Assembly: GCA_032718475.1 (NCBI GenBank)
Contig: JAUCBJ010005043.1
Location: 74,329-138,328 of the forward strand
Direction: 5' to 3'
DNA: 64,000 nucleotides
Source of the DNA: Nemertoderma westbladi
Lineage: Eukaryota; Animalia; Xenacoelomorpha
Numbering within the stretch: the stretch's first letter is position 1; the number at the start of each line of letters is the position of its first letter. Shown piece after piece: positions 13,506 through 25,630 of this stretch. The notes beneath the pieces are model-generated. The model saw only the letters and a program-made list of their open reading frames with translations. It ran no database searches and was not told where the DNA came from. The translations under genes and the position numbers were made by a program.

Positions 13506-14669
13506 AAACATGAACTATATTATCAAATGAGCAAAAGGCGGGAAATTTAAACCATACAAGGGAATTAAATAATATAAAATAATTAAACTGATTTTGAAAT
13601 TGTTTATGATACCGGTATGAGTTACTGACTCTACTGTCCCACCCTTGTGTCGGCGTTGGCCAGCAAGATGGACGGCGATGCTTCTGCCCCAACAAATACT
13701 GGGCGTTTCCGTGCCGATCTCGACCCTCTTATGCACATCAGGGAGGCCCGCAGCAGCGCGAAGCTGAACTGCCTCCGCACCCAGCTCACGCACTCCGAGT
13801 AGCGCAGCTCGCGCCGGTCCGCCAGCTTTGAAGCGAGGTGCTTCACGAACAGCGTCGTGGAGGGAGATATTCCGCCCAACGCTGAGAATATCAGCGAGGT
13901 CTACATTCCGTACCGGTACCTCAGTACCTTCGTATCTACTCTACATTCCGTACCGGTACCTCAGTACCTCCGTATCTACTCTACATTCCGTACCAGTACC
14001 TCCGTACCTTCGTATCTACTCCACATTCCGTACCGGTACCTCCGTACCTTCGTATCTACTCTACATTCCGTACCGGTACCTCAGTACATTCGTATCTACT
14101 CTACATTCCGTACCGGTACCTCAGTACCTCCGTATCTACTCTACATTCTGTACCTCCGTATCTACTCTACATTCCGTACCAGTACCTTCGTATCTACTCT
14201 ACATTCAGTACCTCCGTACCTTCGTATCTACTCTACATTCTGTACCGGTACCTCAGTACCTTCGTATCTACTCTACATATTCTGTACATATTCTATATTA
14301 CTGTGGCCTCTTACCTAGCGGATGCTCTCCTTCGCCCTTATTGGCTAATAACCTACTTCACGCCTTTCCACTCTCTGGGAGTGTTTCCCCCCTACCGCTG
14401 GCCCCTGCTAGCTGTCTCACCTTCCGAGGTGGTTTGACCTCTAACCTTCCTTTGTGTGGCTTTGGGGTTTGTATTGTCCCCGGTGTTGGTTGTGATACGA
14501 GCGTATCTACTCTACATTCCGTACCAGTACCTCCGTACCTTCGTATCTACTCTACATTCCGTACCGGTACCTCCGTACCTTTGTATCTACTCTACATTCA
14601 GTACCTCCGTACCTTCGTATCTACTCTACATTCCGTACCGGTACCTCAGTACCTTCGTATCTACACTAC
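10244..14669. repeat. 40-bp satellite (TACTCTACATTCCGTACCGGTACCTCAGTACCTCCGTATC; 31-bp variants), interrupted at 13469-13899 and 14279-14501
   Basis: Directly visible tandem array. Confidence 0.97.
13469..13899 (-). mobile_element. 5'-truncated non-LTR retrotransposon (CRE/RLE-type) 3' end with poly(A) tail
   Basis: 33-nt T run at 13469-13501; minus-strand ORF end LIFSALGG..FVKHLASKLA..YS..SWVRRQFSFALLRASLMCIRGSR matches the C-terminus of restriction-like-endonuclease (CRE-like) elements; ~130-nt 3' UTR. Confidence 0.75.
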
Positions 14670-14893
14670 ATATTCTGTACATATTCTATATTACTGTGGC
14701 CTCTTACCTAGCGCATGCTCTCCTTCGCCCTTATTGGCTAACTACCTACTTCACGCCTTTCCACTCTCTGGGAGTGTTTCCCCCCTACCCCTGGCCCCTG
14801 CTAGCTGTCTCCCCTTCCGAGGTGGTTTGACCTCTAACCTTCCTTTGTGTGGCTTTGGGGTTTGTATTGTCCCCGGTGTTGGTTGTGATACGA
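14279..14893. repeat. Direct duplication of ~220 bp unique sequence (14279-14500 / 14670-14893) plus flanking satellite units
   Basis: Near-identical blocks beginning ATTCTGTACATATTCTATATTACTGTGGCC and ending GGTTGTGATACGAG. Confidence 0.9.
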
Positions 14894-15281
14894 GATTAGT
14901 TATTGCTAATCTCGTATCTCCAACATATTGCTGAAAATGTCACTGTCCCATTTTATGAGGATAATGCGGCGGAATTGAATCTGTTTACAGTCCCCCCCAT
15001 GCTATCTTCCCGGTGAGAAGATAGCATCATCTACAAGTGCGCTTCAATTTCGCTGGAACCCGGTCTACTATCGGGTGTGGGGTGGTGTTCTTTTCTCGGA
15101 GTCGGCTTTCCAGGCCGCTCCCTCTGGGTATGATATTACTACCCCTTCTTGGTGCAACCGCAACCTATGTTGCACCAAGACATCTGACGTCTCTGTTCGA
15201 GACAATTGTGGACTCCTCTCACACAATTTTATATCTCCTCACTCTAAACTGACTCTAACTTCACTAGCTCCACTCTAACTC

Positions 15282-16476
15282 TGTAAAAGCTTTTGCGGAT
15301 ATAACAAGTCATTCTTCTCCGCAATGAACTGTGTAGTTGTTTTAGCGGACATAACAAGCCATTTTCTCCGCCATGTACCTTGTAGGTGTTTTAGCGGACA
15401 TAACAAGCCATTTTCTGCCGCAATACGCCTAATACTCTAAAAGACTGGAACTCCGATGACGAAATCTGTCAGCTGATTTACTGTACACGTGGAGCCTCTC
15501 TTTGTTCAGGCTCAGCCAATCAGAGCGATTTTAATTTTATCTTCATTATCTTCATTATATTTCATTTTACAGAGGCCTACGGAAAACCGCGCAATGCATT
15601 ACGGTTTTTGTTTACCTTTTCTGAGCCTCAGAACATCGGCTTTGGAATTCTTCTGTTTTTCGGTAGAAGTTTCAGACTTTGGCCAACATTAGACGGCTTT
15701 GATTATAAGAACGTAAATCTATTATCTGACTGCACTGTGCAACTGTCAACAAACCTGAACAAACTGATGAAACTGCACTCACTCAATCCTATTCACCGCA
15801 TTATTTTACTTCTGTTTCCTGTCTGTTATTAATTGTTATATGTTGATGGATATGTTGTTATATTTGGAGAATACCGATAAATAATCATAAAACCCCAATC
15901 TTCTTGATTACTGAAGGTAAGAGGGACCAGTTACCGGTAGCAATTGCGACTTACATTATAGTGGTTTTAGTGTGAATTAAATGCTATTTCATAATCCCTA
16001 CATGTGTTAGTTGCTATCCTCCTTATATATGGTCAAATTCAGTGATGGTCGGCAGATCAGTGTGCAGCAGTGTGAAGTCGTATGCAGCAGTGTGACAGAT
16101 AATAAAGCATCTCCTAAAGAATGCGCTATTTACGAAAATCAGTAGCCATCCGTGTTTAGTATAAGTCATAACTCTGTTTTATACTTAAAGCACCATGTCC
16201 TAAAGGAACTGTTAATATTTCCCCGAAAGTGAATAATATTGTCAGAGATTATATAGTAACGATCAATCGAATAATACAGTAGGTCTGCAACGCAATAACT
16301 TCAAAGCACCCGAATCCAGTCTACCTTAACTGTGGGTGAATGATCGCGCATAGACTGGCTTCGGCTAATGTAACTTCATGTGCATTAAATAATTGTTATA
16401 GGCTAAAGTCGATTTATAAACAAGAGGACACCTAAAATTGGCAGGTTAAACTGCTAAAGGTCTGAAAGCGCGAACA
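15282..16476 (+). repeat. 5' LTR (1195 bp)
   Basis: TGTAAAAGC...GCGCGAACA; matches 29941-31108 at roughly 97-98% by eye with small indels; three GCGGA(T/C)ATAACAAG repeats near its 5' end. Confidence 0.97.
15911..15922 (+). promoter_or_regulatory. Strong splice donor (GAAG|GTAAGA) inside the LTR, upstream of an AATAAA at 16101-16106
   Basis: Consensus match; equivalent GAG|GTAAG retained in the diverged LTR at ~32838-32846 (minus). Confidence 0.45.
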
Positions 16477-18387
16477 ATAATAGATTTATTAGTTTCTTTA
16501 TTGCACCATAGGCAATAAAGTCGAATGTACCGGTCGGACGGTAACCTGTAGGCCTAACTACCTAACCACCCAACCGGTACTTACCGGTACTAGTATTATT
16601 TCGATTGTGATATTGTATATTGGTAGGCTGTTTAAGAGATTAGGGACTGTACACCCCTTGTTTCTTTTAGAGCTTATTTATCTCTGTCAGTTTTATTTAT
16701 TTGTAGGTGTAATATTGAGCAGAAGGCGTGTAAGCCTGCTCAAATTGTACAAATAATTTGTAGGCTGGATTGTTGTCTGACTATTGTTGAGTATGAAGCG
16801 ATTGCAGTGTATGTAGAGTGTATGTCCGATAAAGTACTAGTTAGGAAGGTGGGGGCATCCAGTGCTGTAAGGTAAATCCCCCCCGAAAGAATAAGTCGTA
16901 CTACTCGGTTAGAACGCATACTAACTAACCATTTCGGAGTCTGCATATACTGTAGTTTATTTAGGCTTGATAGTAGTCTGCCAGCGTTTGGTTTGTATTT
17001 TGTTTGTATAGTCTGCACGGGTAGCGTATTTATTTATTATTCAGAGTCTATGCGAGTATTCGCAACTTACATACCCCTAAGTTTATTCCTACAGTAATTG
17101 TGCTTGTTATACATACCGTTATAGTTAAATTAACCCCGGTACTACATCAGGGCTGCTTGGCGTAGGTAAAGACTGGTGATTTTATACTCTAGTCACTCCA
17201 GCAGATACCGTGGTTCTTTTGGCTGTACAAGTATATTGAACTGCTGGTTATTTGATGTATAAGTACTTGTACCTAATTTAGGGTTTAGTGAACAGTGCTT
17301 TCCGAAAATAATTAGTATGTAGGCAGTATATTTGTGTTGTAAAGTGGTTAATAGGCACATTAGCTCTGGTTGGCTGCGGTAATTAACTTCTAGGTAGGGA
17401 CACTCCGGGTACATAACGTAGTACTTATAGAGCTGTAGAGCTAAAGACTATAAGTCGTCAGACGGTGGTATTTTCTTATCTGGACAACGCAATTTATTTA
17501 CTACTGCTTAATTATTTTCAAATACCGTAGTATCCTGTCCGTTTGTAATAACCAGAAATTCTAACTCCTTGTTAGGCTGGTTTATAGATTTCTTGTAAAA
17601 TTACCCTGAAATTTGTACGTGTAACTTTTGGTGTTTATTTAGAAATTGTAATCCTACACAGTAATTGTACGTAATTTGTAGTAATAAGTAACTTAGTAAA
17701 GTAGAATTATTTGTTTTAGTGTCTAACAGGTAGCACTCCACTGAGAGCGTTCCGCGTCTGTGTAGTGACACCTTACTTGGAAATAATAACATTTATTTCA
17801 AATATTGTCAAAAACCCTTGTACCGGTACATAATATATTATAAATCAACTCAAACCGATTTATAAAATAGTAGGCCTATCATACATCAATTAGGTCTTAT
17901 TATCAGTTGAACTACTGCTTAATAACAGTAATAAAGTAAAGGAAAGTAATCCTAAAATTCAGAAATTTAGGCATCGTAAAATAATTGACATTACCGGTAT
18001 TTCCGATAGGCTTATTCTATTTATTTCTATAAATTAAGCTGAAATTATATACCGGTATTCTGTAATTAATTCTAGTCTATAATCATACTTATATATACTA
18101 TAAGTGTATGCTGTATACCGGTATTTACGGTTGGCTTATTATATATATTTCTATATATTTATGCTTAAATTATATACTGGTATTCTGTGACTAATCAGTC
18201 CTTGTCTGTAATAATACTTATATATACTATAAGTGTATACCGGTATCCTAATATATTATATATATATATCGCGTTACATTGAGTAACGATATCGGTAATT
18301 AATTACTAGGCTTGCAGTTGATACTGAATTACTAGACTTGCTTTAACTGTCGTTTATAGTAGTAGGCATTCAACTGTACAATCAAAC

Positions 18388-21300
18388 ATGGCTGACACAA
18401 AGCAAACTCTATCAGATAGTCTCCTAGAAAGAACAGTCTGCGACTCCGACAGGAGTGCCGAACATTTGAGACCAAAGTCCAAGTCCCCTCCTACTGTAAG
18501 AAAGGTCATCCCTCCAGTAGTAGTATCAGATCCTAGGCTAGTAAAGCACCGTAGGTCTATCATACGCACTTGGGCTCAAGTCAAGCGGGACAAAGAGGCA
18601 CCTGTTAAACAGCAGCAACACCCGAACCGAGAACTTATTTCTCAGCGGCTCGATAGCTCCAGTAGTTCAGATACTGTAGAGTTACCCGAGATCGGAGCAA
18701 AGATGGCAGAAGCGGTTTATTCAGATCCACTTCTAATTCTTCCTGAAGCCGTACTCACTAGAGTATTGATTGCGGTGGAGGAACATCAAATCGATTGGGC
18801 AAGAAGTAAGCGATCGACCATGGACAGTTATGCGGGATACATGAAGGAGGAACTGAAGTCTATTGTCGAGACGCAATAGAACTTCCCCGGACCCGGACTC
18901 CCGTTTAACTTATCGGAAGCTGCCTGGGAGGACTTATACAGGATGGGAGTGGTAAAGGACACTAGAGATCCAGCTGTGTGGAAGAGGTCGGCAGCAGGAT
19001 ATGTACAGGGATTCTTCAGCTCTTTGGAGCGATTAGAGGAACAACTGTTTCAACAACCCCAAGGACCTCAAGAGCAGGGAGAGCTGCTTTATCAAGTTCG
19101 AGAACGAATCCTAAGAATCAGACTAATCCTTTCAGCCTTTGAGGAAGCCTCGAAGAGAAGCCAAGACACGTCGTTGCAAGTCGCCGTAAAGACTTGGTTC
19201 CAACGGGTGAGTCTTAAAGTCAAAGGAACAACCTAATGGAAAATTCAGCTAACTGAGCGCGCGATCCACGGAGAATCAACAGACGCTACCTTTTCTCAGG
19301 TGGAATGCAACGTTACATCAGAGAAACCTCAGAAGAAGGACGCTATTGACATCTATCTGTCGGACTATCAACGATTTATAAGTGACAAAGAGTTGAGGAG
19401 ACGGCTAGCTGGACTTCACCCTACTAGTGAGGGAGCCAAGTTTGTGTTGGACTCATTAGATACGGAAATGTTAGCCGCGGACCAGGCTAAATTTGATGAA
19501 AGCATCCGCATCGCTAGGGTCCAAGAAGAACAGTTAAAGAAAAAACGTATAGAAGACCGAAAGGCAGCAGCAGCGGCAGCGGCAGAAGTTGAAAGAAAAG
19601 CGGCAGCGGCAGCGGCATAAGCGGAAAGAAAGGAGGCAGAAGCTGAAGGAAAAGCTGCAGTGGCAGAGGCTGAAGGAAAAGCTGCAGTGGCAGAGGCAGA
19701 AAGAAAAGCGGCAGTGGCAGAGGCAGAAAGAAAAGCGGCAGCGGCAGAAGCAGAAAGAAAAGCGGCAGCGGCAGAAGCGGAAAGAAAAGCGGCAGAGGCA
19801 GAAAGAAAAGCGGCAGCGGCAGAAGCGGAAAGAAAAGCGGCAGAGGCAGTGGTAGAAGCAGAACGGAAAGCATCTGAAGAGACAACCCAACTAGAGTTGG
19901 AAAATCTTCAAGAGAAGCCAGACTACTTCAATAAACAGAGAACAGCTAGTCAGTGGCAGATGATAAGTCGATCTACTCCCAAGAGACAGGGATTTACATC
20001 ATCTGATGAAGGCGATACAACAGATCCTGAAGGCGGAGGAAATAGATCTCGTTCCAGCAGATGTAGAAGAACGCCCCACTGTCAGAAATTGCCTAATTTG
20101 CCCCCAGCTGTGAGAAGGCAACTAGCTAGTGCAGACTTAGGTAGTACAGAACACACAGACCAAATTATTAGAGTAGAAAGACTCCCTACTATAGTAGATG
20201 AGCCTGAAATAATTAGGCCTGTTCTCGAAGCCACCCCCTCTGTGATGGAGACCCCTGTACTTCCAGAACCTAACTCAAAATTCCCTTTGCACAGTACTAA
20301 ACTACCTGTGCCCAGTAGGACAGTTCCTGAGTCAATTCCGGTCCTGGACGCCGAGCGAGACATTAACGATTTATCGCCCGTCGTCCCTCGTCTACCCGCT
20401 ACTATGTTGGCGGCTCCCGCTTTGGCGGTAGAGTGGGTGGATGAGCGACGGCGGGGGATGGATCTCCTGCTCGGGCAGATGGAGGAACATCGGGAACGTT
20501 CCTCCTAACAGGTCCGGGAGTTGGAGGGGACTGTTCAACAGTTAAAGGGAACAGTAAGAGAAGGTAGGTTAGAGTTGCAAGAAGTGCAGCAGAGTATCGC
20601 TTTAGAACTCGATAAATTGGTAAATCTACAAAGGGGTATACCACCACCCCCTGTAACAATGTGTCAACCTGTTAGGTCTGAAGTATTTCATGCGCAAGGT
20701 GTGGAGCCTACACGCATCTATACTGCTAGTGAAGTAGAAACTCCTATAGTAAACCCTATCAAGGATAATTATAAACCTGTTGATAATGATATTCCATATA
20801 GACCTGATCATAATCCGAGAAATTTATATACCGATAACTCGATATTAAATAATACGATGGCCCAAGAAAGTTTTATGCGTCAAATGGCTAGAACCGAAGC
20901 CCGTCAAGCGGTAAAGGTGGGAGAGATCATCAAGTTCAATGGAGATGAGATGAAATGGTTACCTTTTAATGAATATTATAAAGATAACATACAGAACTCT
21001 GTACTATCTAATGGAGAGAAACTTAGATTCCTCATCGAGTGCTTGGAAGGACCCCCCAAGTTAATGGCGTTAAAGTTTATTGGACATCCAGATGGATTGC
21101 GACAAGTTTGGGATACACTAAACATCAGGTATGGTAATAGGACAAACATAGCTAGGTATTTGTATGCGAAATTAGTAGCGCCCCGAAAGTTCCTTAGCAG
21201 CGGGATTATAGAGTTTTCCGATGAGATTCAGGAGATTTGTAGACAGTTAGATTGGTTAGATAAGTCTCATGAATATCAGAGTTCCATGGTTATTGGAGCC

Positions 21301-21936
21301 GTAGCATCTACTTTGCCAAAGGGTGGAGTAGGTACTCGTTGGGACAAAAGAGTTCTCTATATGATGGACCAGCAACAAAGAGACCCTACCATGGCTGATC
21401 TCATGTCATTCTTAAATGGAGAGGTAAGATTACAGCTCCTAAAACAGTCCCGAGAGAAGACACCGGAAAATAAGGTAATTGAAAAACCCATTTCTAGGAG
21501 AAAGGTCACCCCAGTATGTTATACAGATGACGGCGAAAGCCAAACCTCTCAAGAGGAGAACAGCGGGAAAGACACTGAAAGATTTTACTATGTCAACAAA
21601 GCACCTAAAAACGTAAGTAAATTTAAGTCTCGAATCAGTGACAGGAGAGAACAGGTAACAAAAACTCCTCCTACGTCTCCTAAGAGAATTCATGGAAGAA
21701 AGCCCGAGGAAAGAACGAGTGTGCACAACACTACCCAAGGTAAAGTAAGTAACATCAAACCAAAATGTGCATTGTGCGTCGGGCCCCATCGTTTAAGTAT
21801 GTGTGATGAATTCTTAAAGAAATCCTTAAAGGATAGACGCGATGTCATGTGGGATAAGCGGTTGTGTTATAATTGTCTCAGACAAGGACACCAACGGCGA
21901 ACCTGTTACTCCGACACGAGGTGTGCTAAGTGCTAA
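18388..21936 (+). pseudogene. gag: BEL/Pao gag (one frame broken by in-frame stops at 18877, 19234, 19618, 20506, 21934)
   Basis: All ORF pieces share one frame; DUF1759-like KFNGDEMKWLPF..LSNGEKLRFLIECLEG; BEL-type zinc knuckles CALCVGPHRLSMC, CYNCLRQGHQRRTC, CAKC..HH.LLH. Confidence 0.9.
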
Positions 21937-21950
21937 GCTAACATCATATC

Positions 21951-24278
21951 TTGCTGCACACTGAATTTGAAAGAACCAGCCCGAGTCAGGTAAGCGAGTC
22001 CGAACTACATGTCCAGTTCAGTGATGTGAACGACACTGACCACAGTTCTGAGATGGAAGGATTTTACACGGACGAATTCTCCGACGAAAATGAATCCTGT
22101 TATATGATAAACACCGCGGTGTATCGAGCACTTACGTATGAGACTGAAACCGATAAAGAAGCGCACCCGACTATTCCTGACCGACAACCATCTTGGAAAG
22201 CGCCAACTTCCAATGTTGGAATCCGGGAATTCCCTGTAGTTCAGCTGAGAGTCCATGGATCAGGTAAGAGTTTTATAGTCAACGCCGTCCTGGACTCTGG
22301 CAGCACAGGAACATTCATCGACAAAGAACTAGCCAAAGACATCTTTGCTGGACAACCCAAGTTCCGAACTAAGTTGAACCTTTCAGGAATTATGCAGGTT
22401 TGGAAATCTACAGTAGCTACAGACTACTATGTAGGCGCGTTGTCCACCCCTCAGGACGAACTAGGAGAACATAGCATAAGGTCAGTAAAAATGGTGGCGA
22501 TAAAGAACTTTGCTACCAGTCAAGTAGAACCTTACAACTGGGATGAAGACGATTTTACCCAGCAACATAATATCCCTAGATTCAACACCGACTACCCAGG
22601 GGTGCAAATATTGATCGGCCAAAATGCGCATGAGGCGCTTGAGACATTAGAGAAACGGCCTGCTCGACCGCAACCATTGCAAACCTATGCGGGAAGAACT
22701 AGAGTAGGTTGGTACTTCACTGGACCTTCCCATAGAACACTCATGGAAAGATTACCTGCCGAACAAATACATCAGGTGAGTGAATGGGAAGAAGAAATCA
22801 GTGAGGGAGAGATCACACCTGAGGGAACACCATACTCCTCAGATAACGACGATATTACCCAATTATTTGACGAGGAAAATACAATCGACCTCCTCACTGA
22901 AAGTGAAGCTTGGAGAAACCAAGTGCACCTGTGCCATCTCATCAATCATGACGGACAATTAGACTACAATGACAAGCTAAATGAGGTGATAGATCGACAC
23001 AATGCTAAGATTCACGATGAACACGCCGTATGATTCTTTACTCAAGAAGCTGTAGAGCCTAATTCCTACGACAAAGCACTATCGGTCGAGGAGGAAAGAG
23101 CCAAGCAGATCCAGGAAACAACTACATGTTTTCTTAAAGATCAAGGTAGGTATGAGATTGGTCTGCCATTCCGACGGCAAGAACCCAACTTTATAAATAA
23201 CCGACCCTTGGCGGAGAAGAGAATCGCGCAACTACATCGGCGCCTTACGGCAAATGCTTCAGCTAAAGAGATGTATAAGACCCAGCAGAAGAAATTCATC
23301 GATAAGGGATACGCGGAGCGAGTACCGGAAGAAACACCCATAACTGAGAGAACGTATTATCTAACACATCATTACGTTCCCAAACCCGGTAAACCCAACA
23401 AAGTCTGGGTAGTATTTGACGGCTCCGCCCTTTACATGGGCCAATCCCTTAACTCTGAGTTGTTGCCGGGACCCAACTTACTCCAATCCTTGTTGGGAAT
23501 ACTCTTAAGATTACGGCAATATTCGATCGCCTTCGCCTCGGATATAGAAGGCATGTTCTTACAAGTTAAGGCGCTGGATAGGGATCGAGACAGCCTACGA
23601 TTTCTGTGGTGGTCTGAAGGAGACCTCAACCAAAAACCGGTGGAGTACTGGATGACCATCCAGGCTTTCGGGATCATCTCGAGCCCCCGAACGCTTGTTC
23701 AGTAGTGCGCACCACTGCTGATGACAACCGAGACGCCTTCTCTAAAGCGGTTATTGACAACATCAAACGGGATATATATATGAACGACAATTTAAAGTCC
23801 CTCCCATCGGTGGAAGAAGCCATTGATGTTGCCAAGGGAACGGTAGAGTGCTTGAAACGCGGTGGATTTCGACTAACTAAATTCACAAGTAACTCCCGTG
23901 AGTTTCTGGAATCGATTATCCCGTCGTTTCGCTGACCATTTCGAAAAACATTATCTGCCTACGCTACAACTTCGAACCAAGTGGTTTGCGCAGCAAGAAA
24001 ACGTCAGCGCCGGAGACATGGTCCTTATTGTGGAATCAGATCTTCCACATAAGCGGTGGCAAACAGGTCGTATCATCGAGACTCATATCTCCGATGATGG
24101 TTTAGTGCGATCAGTAGAACTCGTCGTCATGCGAGGTAACTTTAAGAAACCTGGAATTGCAACTCAATCGCCCAGTTGGTCGTTTATGTTTACTGGAAAG
24201 AGACAGAGAACTATCCGGAAACTATGGAAGGCAAGATACTCTTCCCACGACCACCTCCCTAATCCAACAAACATCTAG
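21951..24278 (+). pseudogene. pol: BEL/Pao pol remnant: aspartic protease, RT and integrase C-terminal tail; RNase H and integrase core deleted
   Basis: Protease NAVLDSGSTGTFI; RT YLTHHYV..VVFDGSA..SLNSELLPGPNL..DIEGMFLQV..LRFLW; YMND in place of YxDD; GGFRLTKF; then directly the DUF5641-like YLPTLQLRTKW..GDMVLI..W..GRI..DDGLVRSV; stop at 23031, frameshift near 23690. Confidence 0.9.
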
Positions 24279-25630
24279 GGACTCCCCAACGTAACAGCGT
24301 CTGGAGTGGGTGTGTGACTATGTTATTTTATATTTGTTTTTATTATTTTTATATTTATGTATATATTATTATGTAATTTTATTATAATCGTTTTCTTTAA
24401 TTTTATTTAGTAGAATGTTATTTTAGCGATTATTTAGTAGGATTAGTGCCATATATATTCGTGTTAATTACTTAATTACTTATATTATATATTTAGTGTA
24501 ACGGCGAGAAATAATTATTTTCTCTTTCCTTACTGTCCGTATCATATTATAAATGCGTGACTACAGTAAGATGAAATATCCGTACTTATTAAAGTACAAT
24601 AAAGCTCGTACTATACTCAAGTATTATTGGTGAGTAGAGTATTAGGAATGCAAAGTTCAGATCCTCGTGTCTCGGCTAAACCAAGCTCTAGGTAGACCTT
24701 GGAAACGACTTGCCTCTTCTCACTGACATTGCTTCTTGCAATATTGCTCTCATACCGTATATTAAATAATACATATAGTAGCGTGATGTCCCTTTAACAG
24801 TAGCGTACAACACAAAATAAATCTGTTAAACCCTTTGACCATCTGTAATTCTAGTCGATTAAGATATCATGGCACCCACCGATATACTTGAAAGACAAAA
24901 CTCTAGAATCAGTGGTTAACGTCCCCAGACAATTCCCAGACGGAGATTCACCCTAAGTATATTAGTGTGAGAGAATCTCCAATATATAGTCAATAGCCGA
25001 TAAAATTCATAAAATCATGTATAAGGGGGAATATTGACAATTAAAGAATTACTATTAAATAGCATCCCAGATCTGTATGCATGAGAATTACCCTAATTCT
25101 ACTGCTAGCTTTCCATAATTTCACCATAGCAACAACCACGCTAGAATTAGAAGCGAGTTAAAAGAACAATAGAAAGCTTGCCTCATTGAATAGCATACGG
25201 AATAAATAGCGCACTGCTAGTATCCAAGGATACATAATAATAACGTGGCATTCTGGAAGGCACTTGACTAACGGACAAATGGCGTGAATGTGTACAATTT
25301 GTGACAGTTGTGTAGAATTTGTGCGTTTATAGGTGAATGTTGCTACTAAAGTGTGTTTACAGTAGCTAGTCGCAGTTGTGAAAGTAGCCCAACCTCTGCA
25401 GTAAGAACCTGAAGTAAATCTAAGCCCTTGGGACGGACAGTGGAGTGACTCGCGCTGGTTATTGTTGTCGTTGTGTAGCTACTACGCTGGCGATAGGCAC
25501 CGCGACAACAGTACATCGGCGCTGAGGATCTTGCGCTGTCCGGGGGCAGTGAGGGGTAGGCAGCGACGCCCGCTAGCCTAATTATAACTAATTACAATAT
25601 TGATAAACTCATATAGCAGCTATTACTGAG

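Noticed and set aside
10244-14934. ORFs 12778-13530, 13828-14934 and similar; CRISPR-like appearance
   Set aside because: Satellite translations; units are contiguous with no unique spacers and there are no cas genes
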